Source: Clostridia bacterium (lineage in GTDB: Bacteria > Bacillota > Clostridia > Christensenellales > UBA1242). From it: a stretch of DNA of 48,640 nucleotides. Of this stretch, positions 48,491-48,640 are shown one piece after another. Where the stretch lies: contig JAZSAE010000027.1 of assembly GCA_045601705.1 (NCBI GenBank), positions 1-48,640 on the forward strand, given 5' to 3'. Position numbers and translations under genes: made by a program. Position 1 is the stretch's first letter; every line of letters begins with the position of its first letter. Below the pieces are notes generated by a model. That model did no database searches. It was not told the DNA's origin and saw only the letters and a list, made by a program, of their open reading frames with translations.

Positions 48491-48518
48491 ATTATTGTGA
48501 AAAAAAAAAAAATGTCAA
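48491..48518 (-). promoter_or_regulatory. Predicted promoter of the surface protein gene with a 13-nt homopolymer in the spacer
   Basis: Minus strand TTGACA (48518-48513), spacer T13+CAC (plus-strand A13 at 48500-48512), AATAAT (48496-48491). About 40-nt leader with an SD. Confidence 0.45.
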
Positions 48519-48535
48519 CTTGTTTTCGTAACAGC

Positions 48536-48570
48536 ACAAAAAAAACACGGCTGTTACACCGTGCTTTTGA
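48536..48570 (-). terminator. Intrinsic terminator after the partial upstream gene
   Basis: Hairpin CACGG (48546-48550) with CCGTG (48559-48563). The plus-strand A8 run gives a T8 tail on the minus strand. Confidence 0.6.
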
Positions 48571-48586
48571 ATTATTGTTGTTTCAA

Positions 48587-48640
48587 TTAGATTTGTGGTG
48601 CAACTTGAACGCCAACACCCATTGATGAACAAACGGTAAT
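48587..48640 (-). CDS. 3' end of a CDS entering from the right window edge (17 codons, ...ITVCSSMGVGVQVAPQI*)
   Basis: Open frame to the edge, TAA at 48589-48587, followed by a terminator. There is a weak resemblance to the ribosomal protein L11 C-terminus (..SMG..V), but the fragment is too short to call. Confidence 0.3.
   Translation of the reverse strand: MTVCSSMGVGVQVAPQI

Noticed and set aside
1-48640. CRISPR arrays, cas genes, transposases, integrases, prophage structural genes
   Set aside because: No regularly spaced direct repeats were seen, and no ORF shows transposase, integrase, recombinase or phage hallmark motifs. The possible island at 37.2-42.9 kb therefore rests only on composition, gene decay and tRNA adjacency.

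Overview
Low-GC bacterial chromosomal segment, read with the standard genetic code (TAA is the main stop; TGA also terminates). Most genes lie on the minus strand. Housekeeping content: glnS (partial), hflX, rpmF, ackA, tmcAL, cmk, RNase P RNA, tRNA-Leu(UAA), phosphoketolase, rplI, asnB-like, galE, tRNA-Ser(GCU) and a pgk/tpi-like/gpmI operon. Envelope genes include LtaS-family, PAP2, alkaline phosphatase, an M23-like protein, a SleB-like hydrolase and two ABC ATPase/permease pairs. Gene content looks Gram-positive-like, but the RNase P RNA resembles type A and several enzymes are unusually short. I cannot assign a taxon; a streamlined uncultured lineage is an inference only. Main observations:
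1. A tandem array of five diverged paralogs of an unrecognised protein family lies at 26.98-32.95 kb.
2. The tpi-position gene has three of four catalytic residues replaced, alongside phosphoketolase and acetate kinase.
3. About 15 operon-first genes share a promoter geometry of -35, 17-18 nt, -10, then 6-9 nt to the ATG, implying leaderless mRNAs. One case is two mutually overlapping divergent promoters in a 43-bp gap.
4. Three unusual fusions or truncations occur: a phosphoglycosyl transferase-UppS fusion inside an undecaprenyl-phosphate cluster, a PlsC-Nudix fusion, and a GlmU-like protein with a degenerate N-terminal domain. There is also a WhiA C-terminal-only ORF.
5. The 37.2-42.9 kb segment next to tRNA-Ser has atypical codon usage and holds a YwqG-like protein, a glycine-zipper membrane protein, a protease operon with non-ATG starts, and two frameshifted genes.
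6. A repeat-rich surface protein has a 13-nt homopolymer in its promoter spacer, and a decayed paralog of it sits elsewhere.
No CRISPR array, transposase or integrase was seen.
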